Assembly: GCA_054600435.1 (NCBI GenBank)
Contig: BAAIJX010000102.1
Span: 1 to 41,172 of the forward strand
Length of the DNA: 41,172 nucleotides
DNA from: Neophaeotheca triangularis
Lineage: Eukaryota
Direction: 5' to 3'
A model generated the notes under the pieces. That model saw only the letters and a program-made list of their open reading frames with translations, was not told where the DNA came from and searched no databases. How positions within the stretch are numbered: position 1 is the stretch's first letter; each line of letters starts with the position of its first letter. Both the position numbers and the translations under genes were made by a program. Shown piece by piece: positions 1 to 11,439 of the stretch.

Positions 1-25
1 TTTTTTTTTTTTTTTTTTGTGTTTT

Positions 26-67
<42 letters not shown>

Positions 68-74
68 TTTTATT

Positions 75-115
<41 letters not shown>

Positions 116-130
116 TAAAAAATAAAAAAC
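1..130. repeat. Poly-T/poly-A low-complexity contig end
   Basis: About 110 nt of almost pure T followed by A runs. Typical of an assembly end. Confidence 0.9.
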
Positions 131-919
131 GCCCCCTCCCCTCCTCCCCCTATACCGATGAAGCCCACCTCACCCACCCCCTGCTGCCTATCTCCTTTCC
201 CTCCCAGCCCGACCTCCGCACCCCGCCCCACCCCAACCCTCTCCTCTCGACCGCTGCCCGTCTCGCCCAACTGCGACCTTCCATATTCAACCTGTCTCCC
301 TCCGTGCCTACACGGCGATAGAAGTCGTAGAGGAAGAGGATTATCCGGGTGAAGACGGAAACTCAAACGAAAATGGAGCCTGCGCTTGATGGGGTAGACG
401 GCATTGGCGCACCGCAGTTTGGCGAAGAGTGGGCTGTCCAGGAGAGGAAGGGAAGTAGCCGAAGACGCGATGTGATGCTATCGAGATTTGTGGGTGTTTA
501 GCATCGTATCACCGCACCGCAGATCATTGCGAAAAACGTACTTACTCGGCGAGGTAAGATATCGAAGTGAGCGTGGTGATGCACCAAAAGTTTTCTAATA
601 ACGATGGCTTTGGCTAGCGATGGAGCGGTGTTTGTAGCTTCAAAGGAAGGGAACACCATTGCCAGGGATGCGGGGAGTTGAAGCTGGGTAGTTCGACCTT
701 CTGCTCCTACGCGCCTGCATTGGTTGACACCGTGGCAGCTGTTATAGCGTCGCCGCGAGGGTTCAGACGCAATGCGACAACGTGAGTGAACCCGAAAACA
801 TCGCACCTAGCTCGCTGGGAGCTCATTTCCACATGCAGCTGGAACGACGCGCACCTACATACATACTTTGGATGTTGAATAAGCCAGCATAAGACAAGTC
901 ACAAATGCCAATGGTGGTA

Positions 920-1303
920 CTAGTGAGCCTCCGCATCGCCCTCAACATCCATCAGATTAATCTCAACTGCTGTGATTCCCTTTCCTTCATCCAATGCTTC
1001 ATTCGCACTACGCTCGTGTTTCATCCATAGCCAGACACCCACCACAACACAAAGCATGGCCGTTGCAGTGCCGACGTGAATCAACGCTGCTCGGAAGAGT
1101 TCATTGTGGTGTTGTACCAGATACTTCGTACCCATCCAGTAGATAGTCCCTGCCATGAAGAAAGCTGATAGCGGTACTGCGTCTAGACTGACAAAGGACA
1201 CACCCCACAGCCACGATATGTAGAGCTAGAGCACGCTGGGAAGGACCGGAAACATGAAGGGATTGCGCCATGTTCGGTTGTAATCTCCGAGCAACCAACC
1301 CAT
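920..1303 (-). pseudogene. Small multi-TM membrane protein ORF interrupted by one in-frame TAG (pseudogene, null allele or sequencing error)
   Basis: Track ORFs 1226..1462 and 920..1201 share a frame. From ATG 1303 the read is MGWLLGDYNRTWRNPFMFPVLPSVL*LYISWLWGVSFVSLDAVPLSAFFMAGTIYWMGTKY...AALIHVGTATAMLCVVVGVWLWMKH...EAH*, with hydrophobic segments on both sides of the stop at 1226-1228. Confidence 0.4.
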
Positions 1304-2358
1304 GGATGGAGAGCGATTGAGACAAATGTCACGCCGACTTCTTGATAGACGAGGAGTTTGGGGTAGCTGTCGACGGCTTTTGGTACGAACCTTAGCAGAT
1401 TCCCGATCGGATGCATACATATATTTGGGTCGGCGAGAAGGTTGGCGATCAGGGGGTTGCAAAAAGTGACGAAGACTGGGAATAGGACGAAGGCCGTCGA
1501 GAAAAGTAGAGGCGTAAGACTATGATGAAAGGATAGGTCCGTTGTCTTGGTGTTCCCGCGTATCCCTGCAAGGCATGCGGCTGGATCTGCAAAGGACGTG
1601 AAGTGGAGCAGCCTGTTGGGCCATCTTGAAGTAGTTGCGGAGTCTGTCCCGAAACTGTAAGGTGTGCTTTGCGTTGCGTCTGGTAGCCGGTCACTTGAAT
1701 TGGCTTGAACTCGCTGCGCTGCCCTGATTTGAGGCTGGCGCGGATGTCTTTATAGAGGCGTGGAGCTGGTTTTGCGTTGCGCTTGGCTCCTGAAGTATCA
1801 AGTGCTGCCTGGCCTAAGGTTTCGGTGGACAGAAAGAGTGCTGAAGAGGGCGTGGGTTGCTGGTATTTGTATTTTGGGTGGGGATGAAACGTCCTCGGAA
1901 AGCTGGCTTGTCGATGCTCGCAAATAAAGCAACCAATACCGAAAATGGAGTTGAGATGCTTAAAAGGAGAAAAATAGGCCGCTGACATTAATACCAGTGT
2001 AGTCGATCGAAAGAGGTGCTCCAGGAACCTCGCCATGCTTTGCCTCACTGCCTACCTGCACTTCTCACCTTGCTCAATATGACCGCGCCTCCCCGTGAGA
2101 TGACCCGCGCTTTGAACGGCCCCGTCCCAGTGTGGCGAAGTGCGACTTTCATCTTTAGACCTTGTCGCCGCCGATGATTGTTGAAAGTCTCATAATTCGA
2201 AAGCGCCAAACGATTTAGTACGGCAATGGCGAATTCCCAGTTCAGTACAGCTGCATACGCACCGAAGAAGACACCTCGTGTATCAAACAACTTGCCTTTG
2301 ACACAAAAGCCAAGCATCGGTATCATAACGATACAGCCTCTCAGCACGTAAGGCACAT

Positions 2359-4026
2359 CTACACCTCGAAAACCCCGCCGACCTCTCTACCAGGCATTTC
2401 ACCCATTCTCAAACCCCTCAAATCTACTTTATACCCCCTCCACTGCTCCAAACCCCTCTTAATCTCCTTGACCCTCTCAACCCTTCTCTTAGCTTCCTCC
2501 TCCTGCGCCTGCCTCCAGGCGCCCTCATCAAACTCCCCTTCGTCATCATCCAGCAAGTCCTCGCTCATGCTGCGTTCGTGTCTCGGGCTCAATGGGCCGT
2601 GCCGACCCGGCTGGCGTCCGGTAAAGGCATTAATGCCGCTCGTCAGCACGTCTTGGAAAGTACTCGACTGTCTCGGCAACGAGCCACGGTGACCAGTCGA
2701 GGCATGGAGGTCGACGTCCTCGTAGCCGTCGTCGTGTCCTTCCATGCCGGGCTGCAGTTCCGCGCGCCTTTCGCGCCATTGCCCCGAGCGGATCTCGTAG
2801 TTTTCTGCTTCCAACTCGCGGATTTTCTTTCGCAGAACGCCGGTCTCTGTTTCATCGCCGCCCAGTTCGAATTCATCTGCGTCGCCGCCGCGAACGTGAG
2901 AGCCCGCGTCCCGGCGCCTGAGCTTTTCGCGCAAGCTTCCTAACTCGACGTCCTTGTTTTGAGAAGCGGTTGCAGCTTCGCGGTGAAGCTTTGTCAGAGC
3001 GGTGATCTTGTCTTCGAGCTGGGAGGCGCGTGCTGAAGCTGCATCGGCAGCTGTGTTAGCAGTACGGACGTCGGATTCGAGGAGCGAGATGCGCTTCTGG
3101 AGGGCCTCAGGGTCGGCTACGTCTGTACTCTTATCCTTCTCTTCCGCAGCAGGCCCCATGGAAAGACGCAGCTGTTCCAGTTCGTGTCTGGCTGATTCGG
3201 TAGCAACATCTGCAGCTTTCGTGCGTTCTTCGAGATCTACAGCAGCAGCGTCCTTTTCGGCGTTCGTCTGCTGGAGAGCTTCGATCTGGTTCCGCAGTTT
3301 ACTGACCTCAACCTCGAGGTTCTCAATGGCACTTGTCTTGCTAGCAAGCTGTTCGCTCAAATCGGATGGACTTGCCGTGCTCTGTCGTCTATTGCCCGCA
3401 CCAGCCTTTTGTTGTGCTTGCGAGAGCTGTCGCTTAGTGCTCTCGAGCTCCTCCTTCAACTTGTCCGCTTCATTCGCCTTCTGGTGTAGAGCGTCGGAGT
3501 CACTGCTCGCTTCTCTCGCACTCTCCAATTCCTCCTCAGCCTTGCTGGCACGCTTTGTACTTGCTTCATGCTGTGATTGTAAACTCTTGTTCTCCTTCTC
3601 CAGCTCAGCAATGCGAGCACTCTGCTTTCGGTAGAGCTCCTGCACCTCTGCACTGGGTCCTGCAGTTTCCTTTCTAAAAGACTCGGAGCGCTGCATGGAC
3701 TGCTTGACCGCATCGTTGGCCTCTGCATCGGCGTCACCATCAGCGACTGCTTGTTCTCCCTTGGATGTTTCCTCCTCTTCCTCCTTTACAGCCTCCTCCC
3801 CCTTTCCAGCCTCTTCCTCTCCATCGCCGTCCTCTTGCGCTTTAGAGACCTCTGCCTCGGCGTCTTCGACTTCTTTCTTAGCTTTCTCCTCTTCCTCCTT
3901 CTTCTTCTTCCCACCACCTCCACCACCTGACTTCTTCCCCTTCTTTTGCTGTTCCTTCTTCAGCTGCTCGAAACGCTTCTTGGCCGCCGCAAGCTTCTCC
4001 TGCTTTTCCTTTTCTTCGTCGGCCAT
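2359..4026 (-). CDS. Long coiled-coil golgin-like protein (Bug1/GM130-like, 'M protein repeat' type), 555 aa, single exon
   Basis: ATG at 4026 (MADEEKEKQEKLAAAKKRFEQLKK, then a basic K-rich patch). Long E/K/Q/A coiled coil. C-terminus ...EQWRGYKVDL...GGVFEV ends hydrophobic, resembling GRASP/Grh1-binding golgins. Confidence 0.8.
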   Translation of the reverse strand: MADEEKEKQEKLAAAKKRFEQLKKEQQKKGKKSGGGGGGKKKKEEEEKAKKEVEDAEAEVSKAQEDGDGEEEAGKGEEAVKEEEEETSKGEQAVADGDADAEANDAVKQSMQRSESFRKETAGPSAEVQELYRKQSARIAELEKENKSLQSQHEASTKRASKAEEELESAREASSDSDALHQKANEADKLKEELESTKRQLSQAQQKAGAGNRRQSTASPSDLSEQLASKTSAIENLEVEVSKLRNQIEALQQTNAEKDAAAVDLEERTKAADVATESARHELEQLRLSMGPAAEEKDKSTDVADPEALQKRISLLESDVRTANTAADAASARASQLEDKITALTKLHREAATASQNKDVELGSLREKLRRRDAGSHVRGGDADEFELGGDETETGVLRKKIRELEAENYEIRSGQWRERRAELQPGMEGHDDGYEDVDLHASTGHRGSLPRQSSTFQDVLTSGINAFTGRQPGRHGPLSPRHERSMSEDLLDDDEGEFDEGAWRQAQEEEAKRRVERVKEIKRGLEQWRGYKVDLRGLRMGEMPGREVGGVFEV

Positions 4027-5071
4027 ATCGATCGATCTCAAACGCAAAAGGATTCGTACTGCGACTGAGGTCTATGAAACAGGGTGATACCAAGTTTATG
4101 TTTAGTCAATTTATCGAAAGGAGGTTATTGATACGCGACTGTCTGAGACGTAGCTTCAATGCCGAGGCCGATCTCATTCGTCGGTTTCCGATCGCGCTAG
4201 GGCATGGACGAATTCCTCGGCAATTCTGGCCTCAACACCCAACCCAGCCTCAGCAGCCTCAATCGCTCCAATCAACTGTTTATAACAACGGGTGGCCTTC
4301 ATCGTTGGTAGTGAGCTCTCGCTGCAACTTTCGCTGATCACACGTTGCTCGTATCTGACGAATGATAGGATCTCTTCCAGCAGCGCCTCGGCCCCAGCGT
4401 TTGGAGTCAAAAGACGTTCCAAAGACGCCCTATGCCCAAGCCAGAGGTTTCCTGATTGCGGTCAACTATTCCATTTGCGTTCCTCCAGAGGTAAAGAGCG
4501 GGGCCATCATCCTGCGCGGTATCCGGCATCTGTGCAAAGGGCATAGTGACTCAGTGAGCACCTGAACATGCTGTAACGTGCACGTTTGAAGGGTGCTGTG
4601 TTACCTGGCAAATCCTATCAATGCATGCCCCTCCGGGATAAGGCTCTTGTTCCGTGAAACTGCAACTCTCGAAATGGGGACAGCCTATCATCATCCAAGC
4701 GGACAAACCACCATCGTAAATGGCACGGATCGATGTCAGTTGTCTGGCTCGTTGCAACGCGGGACCACCAAGGCAATGAGGCCGGGTAGTCTCCACCCTC
4801 AGGCGCAGGGGGACCACAGCTAAAGGTACCTAGCTGTTCCTTCCTATCATCGAGCCAGAACCCATTTTGAGGAGCAAGAGGAAGTTCGACGTGAAAACAT
4901 AGATTTGACAAAGACGAAGAAGTAATCATGACCGAGAAAACATCTCATCAAACCAAGGACCTCAAAACCACCAAATCGTCAGCGCTGCATCAAGTTTCAT
5001 GAGTTGTAAAAGCCATCCCCCGAACTGAAAACCGAAGAACGTAGGCGCATCATCCCACCCACGAAAGCCCA

Positions 5072-5701
5072 CTACCCAGCAAACTGCTTCACCCTGACCG
5101 AATCAACCAACAAAGCGGTAAGAGCATTCCCCAAGGGCGAGCTCACAACAGACAACTCAAACCGATCAAACTTCCCCTTGCCCAACTCCCCCCCAAACTC
5201 GACAAACTGCATATCACTGAAAATCAAAAACCCCGGATTAAACTGCACAGTGCGAGTAGCAACGGGCTCACCGCCCCTAAACCCCGTAAAAGCGACCGAG
5301 CACGCCGTCGGCAAGCCAACAAGACTAGCCAGGGTGTTGGCCACGCAGGCGAAGAACAGACTCTGCACGCGGAAGAAGGGCACGGCGTCGGTGGGCTCGA
5401 TGCGCGCTTGCCCGACGCCCGTGAGCTCGTCGACGAGGCCGTGCGCGGCGTAGTTGGTGCCCGAGGCTGGGTCCACGCCCACCACCACTTGGCCGAGGAT
5501 GCCGGCTTGGACGAGTTGGAGAGCGCGGAATTGCAGGTTCCGGTAGGTGTCGATGTCGGTTAGGAGGGGCACGGCTGGGATGCCGCTGAGGTCGTCGAAG
5601 TCGGCGAGGACCTCGCCCGTGGTGCGTGTGTCGTGGCCGACGGGGTTGGCGAGGCTGGCTGTGGTTGAGAGCAGTGCGTACAGGAACCTGGCGAGATACA
5701 T
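5072..5701 (-). CDS. Small secreted protein of unknown function, 209 aa
   Basis: ATG at 5701 starts a signal-peptide-like MYLARFLYALLSTTASLA/NP. Mature part has an ADFDDL motif, two Cys (FFACVA, PTACSV) and alternating beta-strand-like patterns. Codon third positions are GC-rich. Confidence 0.75.
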   Translation of the reverse strand: MYLARFLYALLSTTASLANPVGHDTRTTGEVLADFDDLSGIPAVPLLTDIDTYRNLQFRALQLVQAGILGQVVVGVDPASGTNYAAHGLVDELTGVGQARIEPTDAVPFFRVQSLFFACVANTLASLVGLPTACSVAFTGFRGGEPVATRTVQFNPGFLIFSDMQFVEFGGELGKGKFDRFELSVVSSPLGNALTALLVDSVRVKQFAG

Positions 5702-6603
5702 ATTTGGATGTTGCTGGAGTGTTGGACTGTCCGGGGATGTGTTTTTCAGGAGCTGTGAGTATTCTGCTGCAAAAGGTCGAGGGCATGACTCTTTAAGCAA
5801 GACCGCTTGCACTCTTATGTAGAGAACGGACTCAATCTACAGGATGGAAAACCCCACAAGCGTCTTGCTGAAGCTTCTCAGAACAACGCGGACTCGACCT
5901 TCATTCTCAAGACCGGCTTACACTGCAGTATCCCCATCTGGAACCCTTTGCCTTGGACCGAGCCACCGGTCACACATGAACGGCGAGCTTCAACCCGACG
6001 CCTCCGTTAGACCGGCGCCACTGGGCTTGGACGGCACACTCCCACACATACTGCCAATTGCCTCCTCCCGGGCAAGCTTTGCACAAGGCCAGGGAAGCGG
6101 TCCGGGCGCCCTGCCATCTCAAGAGAAGTGGGAAAAAGGCCATCACCTACCGAGCTACCTACGCGTGCATCACGCGGCTGGTTGGCCAGCATCGTCGTCT
6201 ACGGGGCAAGATTACGAGAACGGGGGCGCGAGACATGGGTTGGAAGGAAGGGAAAAGCCAACGTCGCATGGCGAGGCTGTTGTGTTTTGGTTGACGTTAC
6301 CCTTGTGCTCTCTCAGCTAAAGAATGGCGTCAAACAAGTGCAAAGCCATGGACGAAGCCGAAGCCTCTGACGCACCCTGGGGGTGGGCGCTCAGGCGGTC
6401 AAGGAAAGACGGTCGTAGACGCACTGCCCGTTTGTGGGAAAGCGAGGGCCCACTGAGGTCGCACGTGGAGGGTTATCTGTATTGCCGTGTCACAACACTC
6501 TAGTAATCGCTATCGCTACCGTACAATTCGGAAAGAGAAGAGTCGTAAAACGCCGTCATCGTACTGTAGTAGTCCGGCCAGATTCATCAAATCGTTCCAG
6601 CAC

Positions 6604-7581
6604 TCAAGAAGACGCAGTGGTAAAAGGGCTCTTCTTCTCAATCCACTGCTCCATGCTCATGAGCCCGGGATGTCTCTTCCTCAAAGCCGGGATATCCGCC
6701 TGGTAACCCTCTTCGGCAAACCAGTTGATCATGATGCCCAACTCAGTGACCATGTACTTCAAAAAGCTGCCCAGGAACCAGAAGGTACCGTCGAGTGTTG
6801 TGCCCGTCTTGTTCTGGAAAGCCTGGCTGAGCTCGGCTGGGTTGAGCGAGTCGCCTGCGAGCCCGATCGCTTGCTGGTTATACTCTTGTGGGTTTTGGTA
6901 GGCGAGCGCTGCGAAGGCGCCAATGTCTGACGTCGCGACCCATTGCAGGGGTTTGCTGCCTAGGGTCTCGCGTAGGGCGGCGACGAAGACTTGGGTGGGG
7001 AAGCCTGGGGTCAGGTTGTCCATGAAGGCGACTGACGGAAAATGTTAGCAGGCTTGCGGTTTAGCACGTACGAGGGACTAGTCTGACTTACCAGGTCGCA
7101 AGATGGTCCAACCCATTCCGCCGGCGTTGTCTCTAAGGTGCTGCTCGATTTCATACTTGGTCTGGAAATGCGGAATCGGCGTCTTGTTGTTCCAGCTCTT
7201 CTCATCACCTCCCCTCTCGACACTGGAGTACACAAAGTGCTTAACGCCAGCCTTCTTCGCCTCATCGACCATGGATTTGCCCTGCTTCACCTCGCCCTCG
7301 AAGGTCACGCCCTTGCCTTGGGAGATCTGGACAGAGTAAGCGCCCCAGATCTCGCCTGTCGGGGAAACATCGCGGGCGTTTTTGAAAAGGCCGGCGACGT
7401 CGTCGAGGTCGCCTTGGACGAGTTTGACGTTGGAAGCCTTGGAAGTGAGCTTCTGAGCTGAGGCACTGCTAGTGTTGCGGGTGACTGCTAGAAGGGTGAA
7501 GTCGGAGTTGTTGGCCAGGGCGTCAATGACGGCGCCACCTTGCTTGCCAGTGGCGCCAGTGATAAGGATGGATTTGGACAT
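6604..7581 (-). CDS. NmrA-like family NAD(P)-binding protein, 305 aa; exons 7581-7092 and 7031-6604
   Basis: Motifs ILITGATGKQGG (Rossmann), GVKHFVYSSV and PHFQTKYEIE. Intron 7032-7091 (GTAAGT...GCTAAC...CAG) restores the family motif WTILRPVAFMDN. Confidence 0.92.
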
Positions 7582-9767
7582 GTTCGGGTGTAGTTACGGA
7601 TTGATACAGGCCTGTCTGAAACAAGTAAGACGGTTGAGGTAAGGTAGGTTTGGTGTGGAAAGGGAAAAGCCTTGTGATGCAGTCCAAGGAAAGCTTGGAT
7701 TTGGTTAAGGAATGAGCCCCAGCGGCGATTGATACTGTGGGGAAGGGACCTATATGATATAACGAGACATTGCTCGGAGATGATGAGATGAGACCGGACG
7801 CTTCTCTTGTTCAGTTGGTGTTACCTTTGTTTCTATGGAGAAGGTTCACTGTTTTCCGGCGACAACGCGTCTTTAGGGAGTCGCACAAGGGGAGACGTCG
7901 CAGGAGGCGGCGGCATGAGTGCTTTCCGAGAGATGGTGACAGTGCTTCACCAGCGAGTTTTAAGTTCCGCGGGCCTTGGTCGACGACGATCTCATTCTCG
8001 TGATCAGTAAAAGCGTGCCTGGCGTGCGCGGCCGTTGAACAGTCTTCCGCCAGCAACCAAATTATTTGTTGATGCGCGAAAAAAGGGCTGGCTCCGGAAG
8101 TGCTAGCTAAGGCAAGAGAAAAAGGGCATCATCAGCGAGATGACGCCAGGGAGAGAATGTAGATAGATCACCTCAGATTGTGAAGTGGGTCCGCTGCCCA
8201 GGTGTAGATTACCTCTCAAAGTTGCTTTTAGTTCGTTCATGGCACGATCCGAACGCACTGACGACCCAGGATATGTGTCTCAGCTGCGGTGTTCATGAGT
8301 GCAGGTCATCATCTCGACGGCGACCTTGTTGACTTTGCGCCACAGAGCTTGCTGCCGGCTCCTGAATACGTACTCCCCCATGGTGCTTGTGAAAACATTC
8401 ATCTTCCATGGCCTCAACTGAGATGCACCTTGTATGAAGGCCTCTTCCGAGACTCTAGCTACGTTACGATTGAGACTGCCGCCAGAAAGATCACATCTGC
8501 TGCAGGTGTTCTTGCGGCTAATGCGCTTATGCCCGTCCAGCAATGTTGATATCCCGCATCCAAGTACTACTTGCCCTCACTGTTCCGCGTCCTTTCCTAA
8601 TAACGTACCTCAGGTTAAGTAGTCTGCTAGATTCCTCTAATGACGAAATGGTGATAGTTGGAGACTACAGTAATTGGCCTACATTGTCTATCGCGTACAG
8701 AGCCGAGACTGTTCAACACAGGGCTACTTGACTAGACAGAGCCGAGGGCTGGCAAGATAATACATAGCCATCTTACTGAAAACATTGCTATCCGGGTTAA
8801 TGCCTTTTCCTTACCTACCTAAGGTAGCCAACAATACATATGTACATACGACTAAAGATAAGACCACTCACTCCAACCAAACCCAACCCAACAACCAACA
8901 ATCCCCCCTCCTCCAATAAAAAGAACCACGTGACAAACACCAGGCCCTCCCTCTAACAACCAACCGGAGATGGCACTACCAAAAAAAAAAGGAAAAAGAA
9001 AATCCCACCATTTCCGCGACCAGCTCTTGCAAACAGCAATCAAAGCAAGTGACAAGCGAACGCTAGCGCCAACGCGCGGATCCACGGAAAAAGCAGCAAC
9101 GGCTGTCCCGAACGCTTTCGGCACCGCATCGCATCTTACTTACATCGGCTCCGCAATCTGCGGCTTGGCGATACCGAACGACGTCCTACCTACCTACCCG
9201 TTGCCAATGTCCGGAGAAAGGGCCGGAGGTTCGCAGGCCTGAGGGAGGCGAGGGCGTTGGGCGGTTCCTTTTTTTTCTTCTTTTTTTTTGTTGTGGTGGT
9301 CGGCGGGCTTGTGGTGGGTAGGTGGGACTTGAGGGGAACGTTGAGGCTTGAGGGTTGGGTTGCGAAGAGATGGGGAGGGAGTTTGGTGGGTTTTGCATGC
9401 TCTGCTCGAACTTGTGCCACCGAGGAGGCTACGTTGTTATTTTGTGCTTGCGCCCTTTGCTTGCGAAGGGTTCGAATTGTAGGCTTGGATACTGTAGAGA
9501 TTGTATTTTCGGAACTAGTGGCAAGTTAAGATGGTGGATGCAGATCACCCAAAGAGAACAAAGCAGCAGTAGACAGACAGAACCATCGCACGCCGCACAG
9601 GAGGGAGGGTTTGTAAATAGCATGATTTGGGTTGCATTACGTACTACTCCTAAAGAAAAGATCGTCAATCGACAACAAACCAAACTCGCTATGAACAAAA
9701 ACTAAAAGACAGTTCAAGAAACCTGGTATCAAAGAAAAAACTTCGTTTACTGCACGACATTTCCCCC

Positions 9768-11439
9768 TCAAGCCGCGGCGTTCTGAGCTTCAGCAGCCTT
9801 GAGGAAATCCACCCGCTCCTGCTTGTCCTGTGCCTCACTCTCATACCACAGCCTCTTCATCTCCTCCTTCCTCTCGGCGCTCCTGGGCTCGAAAGCCATC
9901 TCATACGCGTCCGGCTTGACAATAAGCAGGGAGTTGCTCTTGTGGATCGAAGGCTCGATGGGCTTCCCATCGGCGCCAGTCTTGCGCACCAGGTTGTAGG
10001 CCCACAGCAAACCGCCACAGGCGACAAAGGTCTCGTCGCGGGTGACGGATTGCCCCAGGCAGGCGCGTTGGCCGAAACCGAAGGATGACATGCCCATGAT
10101 GGTCGGGTACTGGGTGAGGGGCTCTTGGAACGTGGGCCAGCCGGCCTCGAGCCAGCGCTCGGGACGGAAGCTTTCGGGGTCGGGGTACTTTTGCGGGTTG
10201 CGGCAGAAGGCCCAGTCGAGGGGGAGGATGCGGGTGCCCTTGGGGATGAAGTAGCCTTGGTAGAAGTCGTCGGCTTCAACCTCGTGGGCGACGCCGGTCG
10301 GCACGTTTGGTCGCCAGCGCATCGTTTCCTTAATGCAAGCGCGGAGAGTGGGGAGGTTGGGCATGTCGGGAAGCTCGGGCATGCGGCCGCAGCATTCACG
10401 GTCCATCTCTTCTTGGATCTTCTTTTGCCATTCGGGGTGGTGCACCATGGCCAGGAGGAAGTAGTAGAGAGGTCCGGCAACGGTGAAGATGGCGACGAGA
10501 GCCATCATACCAATTACAGAGGATGCCTCGTAGTCGCCAGAGAGGTTACCAGTCTTCATACCTTCGAGGTAGGTACGGGTGAAGGAAGGACGAGCCTTGT
10601 TCTCGGCCATTTGTGCGCGGACTTCGGTGAGCCTGCTCATCCACCATTCTTGCTGTTCATCGTGACGCTTGCGCTCGGCAGTCTTCCAGGGGTTGATAGC
10701 CATGGGCAGATGCCACAGAGGAGTGAGAACGTTGGTAATGGGTCCAGCCGGCGACATCTGGGTCAAAAGACCCCAAGCGCTCTTGGTGCAGTATTCGCTA
10801 AGGTTAGGGTTGTCCCAGGTGAGCTGGCACACAACCTTGGACGCCATATCCTCGAGAGAAAAGGCGAAGTTGTCGGGATCTTGGAGGAGTCTCATGTTCC
10901 ATCGTTTCGCCTCGTGGTACATGGTGCCGTAGTAGCGTGCGTTTGCTGCTTCCATTAGGTATGCGTGGGTGAATTTACGCTGGCGAGCCCAGTACTCTAG
11001 AGTGTTGTTAGCAGCCGGCATTGTTCCAATGGCAGAGGAATAACATACGGTTGTGTCCCATCAGAGGGAGGTACTCCATCGAGCCATTAGTGCTCTTAGG
11101 GTCGAACAAGGAACGAATTTCAGGACGATCCGAGTAAATCTTCGCACGCTTGACCAGCAAGTCTTCTGCAATCTTCTCGTCGCTGACAATGAGGAAGTTG
11201 GAGCCCAGCATTTGTGTCCTGTAAATGGGTCCGAAGGTTTGCGACCATTCGTAGAACTTGAGCCACATGTAGTCGATGGGCAAATCGTGAATACGGCCAA
11301 TCCATGGGATGAGCTTCGGTCCAGGGGGCTCGGTCGCCTTGTTCTTCCATGCTTGCCGTGATTGAATGTAGTTGAAAAGCGAAAGCAATCCAAAACCCAC
11401 GAGGGCAAGAACGGCTACGGCCAACGTCAAGGGCTGCAT
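9768..11439 (-). CDS. Cytochrome P450 monooxygenase, 539 aa; exons 11439-11049 and 10996-9768
   Basis: N-terminal membrane anchor, PPGP hinge, K-helix ETMR (ExxR), PERW and heme motif FGFGQRACLG. Intron 10997-11048 (GTATGT...GCTAAC...TAG) joins the exons in frame (MGHNQYWARQRK). Confidence 0.95.

Noticed and set aside
1..366. ORFs 70..366 (-) and 158..352 (+)
   Set aside because: They derive from poly-T/A and C-rich low-complexity contig-end sequence and have no domain.
1449..2356. 199-aa and 103-aa minus-strand ORFs downstream of the golgin
   Set aside because: No recognisable motif and no convincing splice model.
3002..4087. Long Ser/Phe-rich plus-strand ORFs
   Set aside because: Antisense shadows of the E/K-rich golgin.
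4174..4929. Short minus-strand ORFs with helical-looking translation
   Set aside because: In-frame stops upstream and no consistent exon structure; cannot be supported as a gene.
9857..10958. 207-aa and 277-aa ORFs overlapping the P450
   Set aside because: Alternate-frame or antisense products of GC-biased codon usage.
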